Assembly: GCA_944363605.1 (NCBI GenBank)
Contig: CALVUM010000083.1
Span: 1-50,351 of the forward strand
Direction: 5' to 3'
Length of the DNA: 50,351 bases
From: an uncultured Bacilli bacterium
Lineage (GTDB): Bacteria; Bacillota_I; Bacilli_A; RF39; UBA660
Part shown: positions 8,949 to 19,310 of the stretch, one piece after another
How the letters are laid out: each line of letters opens with the position of its first letter
Numbering within the stretch: the first letter of the stretch is position 1
Program-made: the position numbers and the translations under genes
The notes under the pieces: generated by a model
The model's database searches: none
Told to the model about the DNA's origin: nothing
What the model saw: only the letters and a program-made list of their open reading frames with translations

Positions 8949-11210
8949 GTGAATGAAAATGATTTTACAGACACAATAAATGAACCGGATGTAGAAACCC
9001 TTGAAACTACGAAAGAAGTGCAAACTTTAAAAGATTTGTCTATGACAGCAATAAATAATATTGAAAGTGAGTATCAAGCAGATTATGATGAAGAAATGGA
9101 TGATGCAGATTTAATTTTTAAAACTGTTGTTGATACCAAAGAAGAAATGAAAAAGGATCAAACAGATGATTTTTTAGATAAATCTCAAAAAGAAAGCTGG
9201 ATGAAAAAACTTCAAAAAAAATGGCATGATTTAGATAGAAAGAAGAAAATACTCTTTATTCTTTTGTTTGTTCTTATTTTGCTATTAATAGGAGTTGGCT
9301 TGTTTTTTCTTTTTTATAGAGAAGAAAAGCCTTTAGAAGAAACACCTAATGTTGTTTTAGAGATGGGGGCATATCGATATGAAAATGGCAACTTGGTGTT
9401 TTTAAATGATGATGAAGAGATAGGTCGTTATGAATGTGAAAATAAAGATGAGAAGTTATGTCTAATGGCTAATTTAACTCAAGACGATGATTTTTCGGAG
9501 CCTAAGCGAGTGGATCAAGATGGTAATCCGCTTATACTTGTTAGTAATATTTATTTTGATCGTTTTGTTTTTATCGTTGATCATAAAGATGAGAATGATA
9601 AGAGTATTAAAATCTATGATTTAGAAGAGGAAAAAATTTTAAAAACGGTTTTTGCGGTTAAGACTTATGAGGATTATGATAATTTAGTCGTTTTAAAGAA
9701 TGAAAAAAGTTTATATGGGTTGGAACAAATTACAGAAAGTGGTTTGAAAACCGTTATTCCTTATAGTTATGATGCTTTAGGAATTTTACCGGATCAAGAA
9801 GAAGTAAATTTGTTAGCTGTTCGGAAAGATAATAATTCTTATTTAGCAGATATAGGTAATAAAATTTTGACAAAAGCTTTTAATACTTCAATTGTTTATG
9901 CAACTAAAACGCATATTGTTACAAAAGATGAAGATGATAAATATTATGTTTATGATTATAATTCGACTTTATTAAATGAAGATGGATATGATTATATTGT
10001 TCCATTAGATAATGTATATTTATATGTTTTAAATAATCAGTTATATGTTAGCGATTACAGTGGAAATAAGATGATTCCTGCTCCTTATGATTTAAAAAAT
10101 ACTGCTTATAATCCAATTGAAACGTATGAAAATTATCAACTTGTTCGTACAGAGAAAGCTTTTCAATATGCTCTTGAAGGGGATCGGTTAAACCTTGATA
10201 TATATGATAAAGAGGATTATGAGAATTTCTCAGTTAATTTATTAGAAGGAGCCTTATCTAGTAAACTTGCCTTTATGAATTATTTTAATAAGACTTTGTA
10301 TTTTTATTCTGATGAAGAGAAGGAATCTTTACTTGGAACGTATTCTTGTAAAACAGAAAATTCAGTAGATAAGAATACCACTTCTTTAAATTCTTGTGGA
10401 CTTGCAACAGATTCTTTTTATCACGAGATTACTGGTAATACAATTGAAATGGATCTTAGTGAAGAAGTCGGAGCAATTCCTTTGATTAATAAACAATATA
10501 TTTTTATTAAAGATGGGGAGACAATTTATTTATATGATTTAGTGAATAAAAAGGAACTTGCTCCTTATGAAAGTGTCGATACTTCTTCTTATACGAATAT
10601 GAATAGTCTAACTTTTACGAATATTAGTGAACTTTATTTTATTGCAAAATCTAAAACAAGTGGTAAATTTGGAGTTGTCAAAATTACGGCTGATGCTGTA
10701 AGCCCGGTTTTTCCGTTTGAATTTTTAAGCATAAAACAACTTGGAGAGTATTATGTTTTAGAAAGCGATGAAGGATATGCTTTATATAATATTGAAGGAA
10801 AGAAGCTTACAGAAGATAAAAATAGTCCAATTGTTGATTATTTAGAGGTGGATAATACTCATAAATATTTGAAAACTTATAAAGATAATATGTATTTTGT
10901 TCATACATTTGATAACGAGGTTTCTAATAATTCTTATAATTATATTGAATTATATAATGAATATTATGCTGCCGTTTTAAATAAACGCGTTCATGTATAC
11001 AATTATGAAAATGAAGAACTCACTATTACAGAAGAAGGGGAAAGTGGCCTAGAAATCTATCTTGATAATTATTATGGTAACGGAACAAAAGCTTTCCGAG
11101 TTACGTTTGATAATGATAAAATTTATGTAGAAATTGGAAATACGAACAATACCTATACAATGGGAGGTGACTTCCCAAAAGAAAGAGATCGTGATAAAGA
11201 TGAATCCTAA
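8949..11210 (+). CDS. Single-pass membrane protein with acidic N-terminus and beta-rich repeated extracellular domain
   Basis: Acidic first ~80 aa, KKK then a hydrophobic TM segment, Tyr-rich beta-like repeats; RBS AGGAGAG before GTG. Confidence 0.6.
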   Translation: MNENDFTDTINEPDVETLETTKEVQTLKDLSMTAINNIESEYQADYDEEMDDADLIFKTVVDTKEEMKKDQTDDFLDKSQKESWMKKLQKKWHDLDRKKKILFILLFVLILLLIGVGLFFLFYREEKPLEETPNVVLEMGAYRYENGNLVFLNDDEEIGRYECENKDEKLCLMANLTQDDDFSEPKRVDQDGNPLILVSNIYFDRFVFIVDHKDENDKSIKIYDLEEEKILKTVFAVKTYEDYDNLVVLKNEKSLYGLEQITESGLKTVIPYSYDALGILPDQEEVNLLAVRKDNNSYLADIGNKILTKAFNTSIVYATKTHIVTKDEDDKYYVYDYNSTLLNEDGYDYIVPLDNVYLYVLNNQLYVSDYSGNKMIPAPYDLKNTAYNPIETYENYQLVRTEKAFQYALEGDRLNLDIYDKEDYENFSVNLLEGALSSKLAFMNYFNKTLYFYSDEEKESLLGTYSCKTENSVDKNTTSLNSCGLATDSFYHEITGNTIEMDLSEEVGAIPLINKQYIFIKDGETIYLYDLVNKKELAPYESVDTSSYTNMNSLTFTNISELYFIAKSKTSGKFGVVKITADAVSPVFPFEFLSIKQLGEYYVLESDEGYALYNIEGKKLTEDKNSPIVDYLEVDNTHKYLKTYKDNMYFVHTFDNEVSNNSYNYIELYNEYYAAVLNKRVHVYNYENEELTITEEGESGLEIYLDNYYGNGTKAFRVTFDNDKIYVEIGNTNNTYTMGGDFPKERDRDKDES

Positions 11211-12168
11211 AGTTCAAAAAGGAGCACTTTTTCTTATTCTCTTTTTGCTTGTTATTTTCGTACCGTTAGCTGGTTTTGGAGTGTTTTTAAAACTTACTGG
11301 TTCTGATCGTAGTAATACTTTAGATAATGTAAATCATGAGTTTTATTTCGATAATAAATTATGGTTTTATCAAGATGATGGAACTTTATTAGGAACTTAT
11401 GAATGTAAAACTTCTAAGTGCGGATATGCTATGAATGTGGTTACTGATGGTGAATATGGCGTGAATTCTATTGAGGTTGAGGAAAATGAACCTATTAAAA
11501 TTATTAATAATCGTTTTGCTTTATTAACAGATACTTTAGATGAAACTACGACTGAGGCTTTTATTTATGATCTTGTAAATGGAATTTCTTATCAGCAAGC
11601 ATCTTATTTTTCTGCTAAAGATTATGGCGTAGGGATTGGTGGAAATTTGTTAATTGTTGAAAATGCATCTCATCAATTTGGAGTGATTCGGTTAAATGAT
11701 ATTATTGCTCCAGTTCTGCCAATTCAATATTCTTTTATTGGATTAACTGATCAAAAAGATGAAACCGGAAAGTTATTAGCGGATTATCTTATTGTCGCGA
11801 ATGAAAATAGTTGGAGATTAATCGATCAAAACGGAGCGATGCTTACTAGTGAAATTTTTGAACCGATTGTGGATTATACTGGAACATACCTTATTACAAG
11901 AAATGAAGAGGGATATTACCATCTAGTAGATTATAACAACAATGCTTTATTAGAAGAGGATTTTTCTAATTTATCTTTTACAGATAAATATGTAAATTGT
12001 TTTACTACAACTAATGAATTTTATGTTTATGATGTAGCTAGTCAAGAAATTGTTAGTCAAATCTATCCTATAGATGATCGTGATGAAGTTCTAAGTGTTA
12101 TTGATACAAACAATAATGTTGTGATCTCTATTAATAATCGAGTTGTTGAAACAATAGAAAGTGATTAA
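11200..12168 (+). CDS. Membrane-anchored paralog of the upstream protein (likely start ATG 11200)
   Basis: MNPKVQK then a TM segment; YFDNKLWFY...LLGTYECKT matches motifs in the upstream protein; overlaps its stop. Confidence 0.6.
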   Translation: MNPKVQKGALFLILFLLVIFVPLAGFGVFLKLTGSDRSNTLDNVNHEFYFDNKLWFYQDDGTLLGTYECKTSKCGYAMNVVTDGEYGVNSIEVEENEPIKIINNRFALLTDTLDETTTEAFIYDLVNGISYQQASYFSAKDYGVGIGGNLLIVENASHQFGVIRLNDIIAPVLPIQYSFIGLTDQKDETGKLLADYLIVANENSWRLIDQNGAMLTSEIFEPIVDYTGTYLITRNEEGYYHLVDYNNNALLEEDFSNLSFTDKYVNCFTTTNEFYVYDVASQEIVSQIYPIDDRDEVLSVIDTNNNVVISINNRVVETIESD

Positions 12169-12264
12169 AAATTCTTGATTTTATTGTAATCATTCAGAAT
12201 GAGAGATAGAAAACCTCTCTTTTTAGTTGTGATAAAAGCGTATTAAAATTATAGGAAAATGTTG

Positions 12265-12370
12265 TGAAATTACCAAAAAATGTGGAAATCCACTATTTAT
12301 GGTAATTTCAAAATTGACTTATTAGAAAATATATAATATAATTAAATTACCAAAAAATGTGGAAATCCAC
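12265..12370 (+). promoter_or_regulatory. SigA-type promoter flanked by 27-bp direct repeats and an 11-bp inverted repeat (putative operators)
   Basis: TTGACT 12314-12319, 17 nt, TATAAT 12337-12342. AAATTACCAAAAAATGTGGAAATCCAC at 12267-12293 and 12344-12370. TGAAATTACCA 12265-12275 / TGGTAATTTCA 12300-12310. Confidence 0.7.
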
Positions 12371-12389
12371 AAAAGATGGAAGTGAGAAT

Positions 12390-13646
12390 ATGAAAGAAAT
12401 AAAAAGAAATTATTATTTGCAAAAACTAATTAAGAGAAAAGAAAATGGGCGAATAAAAATAATAACAGGAATTAGGAGATGTGGAAAATCCTACTTATTA
12501 AACCCACTATTTAAAAACTATTTATTAGAATCTGGTGTCGACAAAGATCATATTATAAATTTAGATTTAGATTATAGAGAAAACAAAAAATATCATAATC
12601 CAGATGTTTTGTTTGAGTTTGTAATGGAGCAAAGAAAAGATGACAAAATGTATTATGTTCTATTAGATGAAATTCAAGAAGTAGAAGATTTTGAAAGTGT
12701 CTTAAATAGCTTTTTAGGAAAAGGTAATTTGGATGTTTATGTAACAGGTTCCAATTCAAGATTTTTATCCAATGATATAAAAACAGAATTTCGAGGTAGA
12801 GGGGATGAAATTAGAATTTATCCTTTATCATATCAAGAGTTTTTTGCTGCTACAACGGGCTCTGATGAACAAAAATGGAATCAATATATAACTTATGGTG
12901 GAATGCCTTATATCTTATCACTTGATACGGATGAGGATAAAAGTGGCTATTTAAAAGATTTATTTGAAAATACATACTTAAAAGATATTATAGAAAGAAA
13001 TAATATTTATAAGGATGAAATTTTAGATAAGACTGTAGATATATTATCTTCATCAGTAGGCTCACTCACAAATCCTAAGAAAATTGCTGATACTTTTACA
13101 AGTCAGGGAATAAAAGATATATCTCATAAAACGATAAATGCCTATATTAATTTTCTCTTAGATTCTTTTATGATAACAAAAGCTGAAAGATATGATATAA
13201 AGGGAAGAAAGTATATAACTACACCTTCCAAATATTATTTTGTTGATATAGGACTTCGTAATGCTAGACTAAACTTCCGTCAAATTGAACAAAATCATTT
13301 AATGGAAAATATTATTTATAATGAACTGTTAATGAGAGGATATAATGTTGATGTTGGAGTAGTGGAACAATTCTCCAATGATGAGCAAGGAAAAACAACA
13401 AGAAAGCAATTAGAAATTGATTTTGTATGCAATCAGGGAAGTAAAAGATACTATATTCAATCCGCTCTTAATATAGATGATGATGAAAAGAAAAAACAAG
13501 AATTAAGACCGTTGCTAAATGTTAATGATTTTTTTAAAAAAATTATTATTGTAAAAGATGACATTGTTGCATATCATAACGAAGAAGGTATTCTAATTAT
13601 TGGTATTAAGGAATTTTTATTAAAAGAAAATAGCTTGGATATATAG
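12390..13646 (+). CDS. AAA+ ATPase (AAA_14 + DUF4143 type) with C-terminal nuclease-like region; likely start ATG 12390
   Basis: ITGIRRCGKS Walker A, VLLDEIQ Walker B, VTGSNS, YGGMP, KYYFVDIGLRNA, ENIIYNEL, EIDFV, YIQ. Confidence 0.88.
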   Translation: MKEIKRNYYLQKLIKRKENGRIKIITGIRRCGKSYLLNPLFKNYLLESGVDKDHIINLDLDYRENKKYHNPDVLFEFVMEQRKDDKMYYVLLDEIQEVEDFESVLNSFLGKGNLDVYVTGSNSRFLSNDIKTEFRGRGDEIRIYPLSYQEFFAATTGSDEQKWNQYITYGGMPYILSLDTDEDKSGYLKDLFENTYLKDIIERNNIYKDEILDKTVDILSSSVGSLTNPKKIADTFTSQGIKDISHKTINAYINFLLDSFMITKAERYDIKGRKYITTPSKYYFVDIGLRNARLNFRQIEQNHLMENIIYNELLMRGYNVDVGVVEQFSNDEQGKTTRKQLEIDFVCNQGSKRYYIQSALNIDDDEKKKQELRPLLNVNDFFKKIIIVKDDIVAYHNEEGILIIGIKEFLLKENSLDI

Positions 13647-13863
13647 TGTTTTAAAAATATGAAAAACTATAAGGTATAAGTAATTTGCTATTAAAAAATT
13701 GGCTTAATTTAATTATCGTTATTTACTTTTAAATTTAAGGATACTATTCAACAGTATAACAATTAAAAATTGGCAAAGAAAAAACTTGATATAATCTAGA
13801 GTAAAGGGATGTTTGCTTTTATTGACTTTTAATTCGTTAAACAATAGAAAGTGATTAAAAAGG

Positions 13864-13892
13864 TTGAAAATTTGTAAAAAATCATTTATCAT
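13864..13892 (+). promoter_or_regulatory. SigA-type promoter for the T-box leader
   Basis: TTGAAA-17-TATCAT. Confidence 0.5.
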
Positions 13893-13902
13893 ATTTTTAT
13901 GA

Positions 13903-14085
13903 ACGTTGAAATTGAGGAGTAAAAAGATTTCTGTTTGATAGAGAGCTTAGGTTTGGTGGAACTAAGTAAAAGAAACTTTTGAAGGTTGCAATGGAGTTTA
14001 CTTCGCAGAGAACTGCGTTATCAAAAAAAGCGAAAAATAAGGATGGTACCGTCTATCAAAAGACTCCTTTGGTATCATCTTTTTT
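13903..14085 (+). promoter_or_regulatory. T-box riboswitch leader, Val specifier
   Basis: AGTA, AGAGA and GGTGGAA stem I motifs; GAA-G-GTT-G specifier (GTT 13985-13987); GCAG-AGAA-CTGC-GTTA stem IIA/B; antiterminator AAGGA-TGGTACC-GTC...GAC-TCCTT; valS lies downstream. Confidence 0.88.
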
Positions 14086-14102
14086 AGTTGAATGGAGGTA
14101 TT

Positions 14103-14606
14103 ATGAAACGGGTAGTTGTTGTTTTTCCACATGGAAATGTAGTTACAAATAGTATTGAAGATGACTCGATAAGACATAATCAATTATTACAAGAAAGCAA
14201 TGCAGTCATAAATAATGTTGAAGATAACTCAAATATACATAATCAATTATTACAAGAAAGCTTTGAAGATTTTCTTAATTCACTAACTTGTGAAGAAAAA
14301 AAGTTTGAATGTGATCTTACTGTTTGGCCGAATGCTTTTTATATTGCAAAATTATTAGAAGGTATTGTAGTTTTAGACGATTATTGGAAGGAAGAGGATT
14401 CATGGTCATATGTTTTTATTCTTCCTTCTCGAGTTACTCAAATAGAAGAAAGTATTGTCGAATCAATTTACAAAGAAAAGCACGGGACTTTTCTATTGAT
14501 AACTCAAGAATCAGAAACTTATTTTCAAACATTCGGTAATACGTTTCAAAGTTATGAAGAAATGAAAAAGTTTTTAAATGATGAAAGAAAGGGAATGGTG
14601 AAATAA
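14103..14606 (+). CDS. Hypothetical protein with an internal 21-aa duplication (likely start ATG 14103)
   Basis: RBS GGAGGT 14094-14099; [17 protein letters not shown] / [17 protein letters not shown]; stop 1 nt before the valS ATG. Confidence 0.6.
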   Translation: MKRVVVVFPHGNVVTNSIEDDSIRHNQLLQESNAVINNVEDNSNIHNQLLQESFEDFLNSLTCEEKKFECDLTVWPNAFYIAKLLEGIVVLDDYWKEEDSWSYVFILPSRVTQIEESIVESIYKEKHGTFLLITQESETYFQTFGNTFQSYEEMKKFLNDERKGMVK

Positions 14607-14607
14607 T

Positions 14608-17127
14608 ATGTTAGATAAAAAATATAATCATCTTGAAGTTGAAAAAGAACAATATGAAATTTGGAAAGAAAGTGGTTATTTTAAATCAGGAAGAAATAGT
14701 GGAAAACCTTTTTGCATTGTTATCCCGCCTCCTAATGTAACTGGTAAACTCCATTTAGGTCATGCTTGGGATACTTCAATTCAAGATATTATGATTCGCT
14801 ATAAAAGAATGCAAGGCTTTGATGCTTTATGGGTGCCAGGAATGGATCATGCAGGAATTGCAACACAGGCAAAGGTAGATAAAAAACTTCGGGAGGATGG
14901 AATGGATCCGAGAAGCATGTCTCGAGAAGAATGGTTAAAATATGCTTGGGCATGGAAAGAGGAATATGCTTTAAATATTCATGATCAATGGGCTAAATTA
15001 GGTCTTAGTTTAGATTATGATAAAGAAAGATTTACGTTAGATGAAGGGTTAAGTAAAGCTGTCCGAACAGTTTTTGTTAAATTATATGAAGAAGGGCTCA
15101 TTTATCGTGGCGAGAGAATGATTAACTGGGATCCAATGGCTAAGACAGCCTTATCGAATGAAGAAGTTATTTATAAAGATGTCGAAGGGGCCTTTTATCA
15201 TATTAAGTATCCTTTTGTAGATAGCGATTTATATTTGGATGTGGCAACTACACGGCCTGAAACGATGTTTGGAGATACGGCAGTTGCTGTGAATCCTAAT
15301 GATGATAGATATAAAGATTATATTGGTAGAAAAGTCCTTTTACCGTTAGTGAACCGAGAAATCCCGATTATTGGAGATGAACATGCGGATCCAGACAAAG
15401 GAACGGGATGTGTTAAAATCACACCTTGTCATGATCCAAATGATTATGAGGTTGGATTAAGACATAATTTAGAAAAAATTGTTGTTATTAATCCAGATGG
15501 TACAATGAATGAAAACGCTCTTTATTATGAGGGACTTGATCGTTTTGAGGCGCGTGAAAAACTTGTTAAAGAATTAAATGAAAAAGGGTACTTACTTAAA
15601 ACGGAAAAGATTGTTCATTCAGTTGGTCATTCTGAAAGAACCGATGTTCTAGTTGAACCTTATTTATCTAAACAATGGTTTGTTAAAATGCGTCCTTTGG
15701 CGGATAAAGTTTTAGAAAATCAAAAAAATAAAGATACTAAAGTTAAATTTTTACCTTCTCGCTACGAAAAAATTATGAATCATTGGATGGAAATTACCTA
15801 TGATTGGTGCATTTCAAGACAACTTTGGTGGGGACATCAAATACCGGCTTGGTATAAAGATGATCAAATTTATGTTGGAATAGACGCTCCTAAAGAAGAA
15901 GGCTGGGTTCAAGATGAGGATGTATTAGACACATGGTTCTCTAGTGCTCTTTGGCCTTTTAGTACATTGGGGTGGCCTGAAGAAACAGAAGATTATCAAA
16001 AGTATTACCCAACCAGTGTTTTAGTAACTGGTTATGACATTATTCCTTTTTGGGTAAATCGCATGACTTTTCAAGGTTTACACTTTACTCATCAAAGACC
16101 TTTTGAATATTGTTATATTCATGGACTTATTCGAGATAAGATGGGCAGAAAAATGAGCAAGTCTTTAGGTAATGGCGTTGATCCAATGGATGTTATTTCA
16201 GAGTATGGTGCTGATGCCCTACGTTATTATTTGACAACATCAACAGCTCCAGGTACGGATTTACGTTATGATGAAGATAAGGTTCGCGCAGCCTGGAATT
16301 TTATTAATAAAATTTGGAATGCTTCTCGTTTTGTTTTAATGAATATCTCTGATTTACAAGAAGAAAAATTTGAAAATTTATCGATAAGTGATCAATGGAT
16401 TTTAACTCGTTTAGAAAAAACGATTAAAGATGTTACGAAATATATGGATAAATATGAATTTCAAAATGTTAATACGATTCTTTATAAATTTATTTGGGAA
16501 GATTTCTGCGATCAATATATTGAAATGGCCAAATTTTCTTTAGAATCTATTACTACAAAAAGTGTTTTAAAAAAGGTTTTAACCGATATTTTAAAAATGC
16601 TTCATCCATTCATGCCTTTTGTAACAGAAGAAATATTTAAAAATCTATCCAAAACCCCTTTAATTATTAGTGAATATCCAAAATACGATAAAAATCTTTT
16701 ATTTGTTGAAGGAGAAGCAAAATGTAATGCACTTATTGAATTTGTTCGAATTTTCCGTAATCGAAAAGCTGAATTACAAATTGGTAAAGAATATAGAATT
16801 TATATTAGTAAGCCGAATGATTATAGTTTAATTCGTAAATTACTAAAATGGGAGGATAAGGAAACAGAAGAAAAACTTTCTCTTAATTATACAGTTGTAG
16901 AATATCAGGATTATCAAGTTTATTTATATAATGAACATAAAGAAACTTTGGAGGATCAAGAAAAGAAACTTAAAACTATTGATTCTTTAAAGAAAAGTAT
17001 TTTAAAAAGAGAGAATTTGTTAAAAAATCAAAATTTTATTGAGAAAGCTCCAGAAAATTTAGTCAATGAAGAAAAAAGAAAACTTTCAGAAGAAAAAGAA
17101 ATGCTTAAAAAGTATGAAGAAGAGTAA
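14608..17127 (+). CDS. valS: Valine--tRNA ligase
   Basis: [50 protein letters not shown]. Confidence 0.98.
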   Translation: MLDKKYNHLEVEKEQYEIWKESGYFKSGRNSGKPFCIVIPPPNVTGKLHLGHAWDTSIQDIMIRYKRMQGFDALWVPGMDHAGIATQAKVDKKLREDGMDPRSMSREEWLKYAWAWKEEYALNIHDQWAKLGLSLDYDKERFTLDEGLSKAVRTVFVKLYEEGLIYRGERMINWDPMAKTALSNEEVIYKDVEGAFYHIKYPFVDSDLYLDVATTRPETMFGDTAVAVNPNDDRYKDYIGRKVLLPLVNREIPIIGDEHADPDKGTGCVKITPCHDPNDYEVGLRHNLEKIVVINPDGTMNENALYYEGLDRFEAREKLVKELNEKGYLLKTEKIVHSVGHSERTDVLVEPYLSKQWFVKMRPLADKVLENQKNKDTKVKFLPSRYEKIMNHWMEITYDWCISRQLWWGHQIPAWYKDDQIYVGIDAPKEEGWVQDEDVLDTWFSSALWPFSTLGWPEETEDYQKYYPTSVLVTGYDIIPFWVNRMTFQGLHFTHQRPFEYCYIHGLIRDKMGRKMSKSLGNGVDPMDVISEYGADALRYYLTTSTAPGTDLRYDEDKVRAAWNFINKIWNASRFVLMNISDLQEEKFENLSISDQWILTRLEKTIKDVTKYMDKYEFQNVNTILYKFIWEDFCDQYIEMAKFSLESITTKSVLKKVLTDILKMLHPFMPFVTEEIFKNLSKTPLIISEYPKYDKNLLFVEGEAKCNALIEFVRIFRNRKAELQIGKEYRIYISKPNDYSLIRKLLKWEDKETEEKLSLNYTVVEYQDYQVYLYNEHKETLEDQEKKLKTIDSLKKSILKRENLLKNQNFIEKAPENLVNEEKRKLSEEKEMLKKYEEE

Positions 17128-17576
17128 ATATTATGCCAAGTAGAGAACAAAAATTTTCACTTGGTTTTTCTTTATGTAAATTTAAATTCATTTTTAGCTA
17201 TTGAATGTTTTTCTACTTCTCCTTTTTTATTGATTTTACAAGCTTTTGAAAAAAGAACATAAAAAGATATGAGCTGTAAGTATATTGTTACTTCCTGTCC
17301 TATTAAAGTGCAGTATGGGGTTAATAGAAAGGAGCACAAAGTTCTTAATATGTTAGCTATTTGGGTAATTGTTGTAACTTTTAAAGCTGAATAATTTATT
17401 TGTAAATAATCTTTTTTTTATAAAAAGGATACAAAATTAAAAATAAATATTAGAGTGATTCGTAGATTCGGTTTTAATGTTGATACTTTAGCAAAAATTG
17501 ATATTAGTCAAGATCAATTTAATTACAAAAAACACCATAAAAACGCTTTATTATTATCTATCATTCTAATTATGAT

Positions 17577-18113
17577 AAACAAAATATCTTAGATAAGGGA
17601 TACCATGAATATATAGCTGACCCAGGATTCTGTAATGACCGAAGTTTATCAACCAGAAGTAATAACGGCGCTGGAGTGCAAGCAACAGATAAAAATACCT
17701 TTTATGCTGGATTTTCAAGATATTATGAAACCCATAATCCTACCTTAACCTGTCCAAATGAAGAAAACGATTTATTTACTACCAGTACATCAAATGTTGG
17801 AAATAAATCTTTGACTTATTCAATCGGCTTAATCACAGTTGATGAACTAATGTTAGGAGGACTTGTTGATGGGTATTTAAATCGTTTATCTTACACTTAT
17901 TCTTCGCATAATTATTGGACCATGTCGCCTAGGGAATTCCAATCAGAGAATACAGCAGCTATTGGGTTTCGCTCGTACACGTCGGGCATGGCTAATAGCA
18001 GCTGGATTACCGACAGTATTGGTGTCCGTGGAGTCATCAACTTAAAACTAGATGTTGAGATATCTAATGGTATTGGTACATCAAATGATCCGTTTGTCGT
18101 TCAAACGACTTAA
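17577..18113 (+). pseudogene. Start-less 3' fragment paralogous to the C-terminal ~175 aa of the 20114..22123 surface protein
   Basis: In-frame homology begins at KQNILDKGYHEYIADPGFCNDRSLS (17577) and runs to DPFVVQTT-stop; no signal peptide or convincing RBS. Confidence 0.8.
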
Positions 18114-18138
18114 AAATATTTTTCATTATGTTCTTTAT

Positions 18139-18168
18139 AAAATTCTTACAAAAGTGTAAGAATTTTTT
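18139..18168 (+). terminator. Intrinsic terminator
   Basis: AAAATTCTTACA-AAAG-TGTAAGAATTTT plus T run. Confidence 0.65.
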
Positions 18169-18228
18169 GCAATTTTCGACATGGAATTCTATAGAAGAGT
18201 GTGCTACAATGGTTAAGGTTGGTGAGTT

Positions 18229-19257
18229 ATGAAAAATATTAAAAAATATGTATTTTCGGCTGTTTTATTTGTTTTGTTAATTTTTGGAACCTATTATTTT
18301 ATCTTAAAAGATTATTCTTTTCAAGATTTTTTGCTTTCTTTAAAAAAATGTGATCTTTCTGTTTTAATATGGGCATTTGTATTACTTGTTTCTTATGCTT
18401 TTTTTCATTGTTTATATTTAAAAAGAATGTTTTTTCATATGGGTTATAGGATTAGTTGGTATCAAGCTTTGGGTTATATTATGACTGAAACCTATTTCTC
18501 AGCTATTACGCCAAGTAGTATGGGTGGACAGCCTGTGGAAATGATTGAGATGAGTAAAGACAAAATTCCATATCGTGTGAATAGTGTAGTTATTCTTTTA
18601 AATACATTAATTTATAAAGTTGCTTTAATTTTTTTAGCTATAATTGGATTTCTGTTTTTTTCGCAAAAACTATTTACGTTTAATACATTATTTAATTGGT
18701 TAGTATTATTAGGCTTTGTTACAACGATTCTGGTTATGTTTTTGTTTGTTTTGCTTATTTATTCAGAAAAATTAATGTATAAGATTATTCAACTTGTTTT
18801 AAAAGTTTTAAAAAAATTAAAAGTAAAGAGCGTTACTGAAAGAGAAGCTAAATTAAAAGAATCTTTAAGAGATTATCAAGAATGTGCAAAGTTAACGAAA
18901 AAACATCCCAAAATTTTGATAGAAGCATTTATCATTTTGCTTTTACAACGGATTTCTATTTTATCTATTAGTTATGTAATTTATTTATCTTTTGGATTAC
19001 ATGAATTCTCTATTTTTGAAGTGATTGCTTTTCAAGTGTGTATTACACTGGGTTCCGATTTTATGCCTTTTCCGGGTGGTGTAGTTGTTAGCGAGGGACT
19101 TCTTTTGCAAGCAAATCAAATTATTTATGGGACTTTGTTAGCTACATCGGGAATGATGCTTTTAAGAGGAATAAGTTTTTATTTATTAGTAATATTTAGT
19201 TTTATTATTTATTTGTTTTTTCATTTTATCAAAAGAAGGAAAGCAGTTAAAATTTGA
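18229..19257 (+). CDS. Lysylphosphatidylglycerol-synthase TM / flippase-like membrane protein
   Basis: YFSAITPSSMGGQP and PFPGGVVVSE motifs; multiple TM helices. Confidence 0.85.
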   Translation: MKNIKKYVFSAVLFVLLIFGTYYFILKDYSFQDFLLSLKKCDLSVLIWAFVLLVSYAFFHCLYLKRMFFHMGYRISWYQALGYIMTETYFSAITPSSMGGQPVEMIEMSKDKIPYRVNSVVILLNTLIYKVALIFLAIIGFLFFSQKLFTFNTLFNWLVLLGFVTTILVMFLFVLLIYSEKLMYKIIQLVLKVLKKLKVKSVTEREAKLKESLRDYQECAKLTKKHPKILIEAFIILLLQRISILSISYVIYLSFGLHEFSIFEVIAFQVCITLGSDFMPFPGGVVVSEGLLLQANQIIYGTLLATSGMMLLRGISFYLLVIFSFIIYLFFHFIKRRKAVKI

Positions 19258-19310
19258 TTGCTTTTTTCTTTTTTTTCTTTTAAAATGAATACAGAATAGA
19301 GGGTAAAAAG

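Larger units (their letters stand above)
12149..13861. mobile_element. 1.7-kb islet bounded by a 23-bp direct repeat
   Basis: AAACAATAGAAAGTGATTAAAAA at 12149-12171 and 13839-13861; the first copy contains the 3' end and stop of the upstream gene. Confidence 0.7.

Noticed and set aside
12267-12370. 27-bp repeats as a mini-CRISPR
   Set aside because: Only two copies, the 50-nt interval is a promoter, and there are no cas genes.
17269-17394. Imperfect hairpin covering an AAAGGAG sequence followed by a short hydrophobic ORF (possible type I toxin or IS end)
   Set aside because: SD-to-ATG spacing is about 15 nt, the peptide is only 14 aa, and no antisense unit or matching IS end was found.
17676-18113. 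145-aa ORF as an independent gene starting at GTG 17676
   Set aside because: Homology extends upstream of the GTG in frame and there is no good RBS; treated as a fragment.
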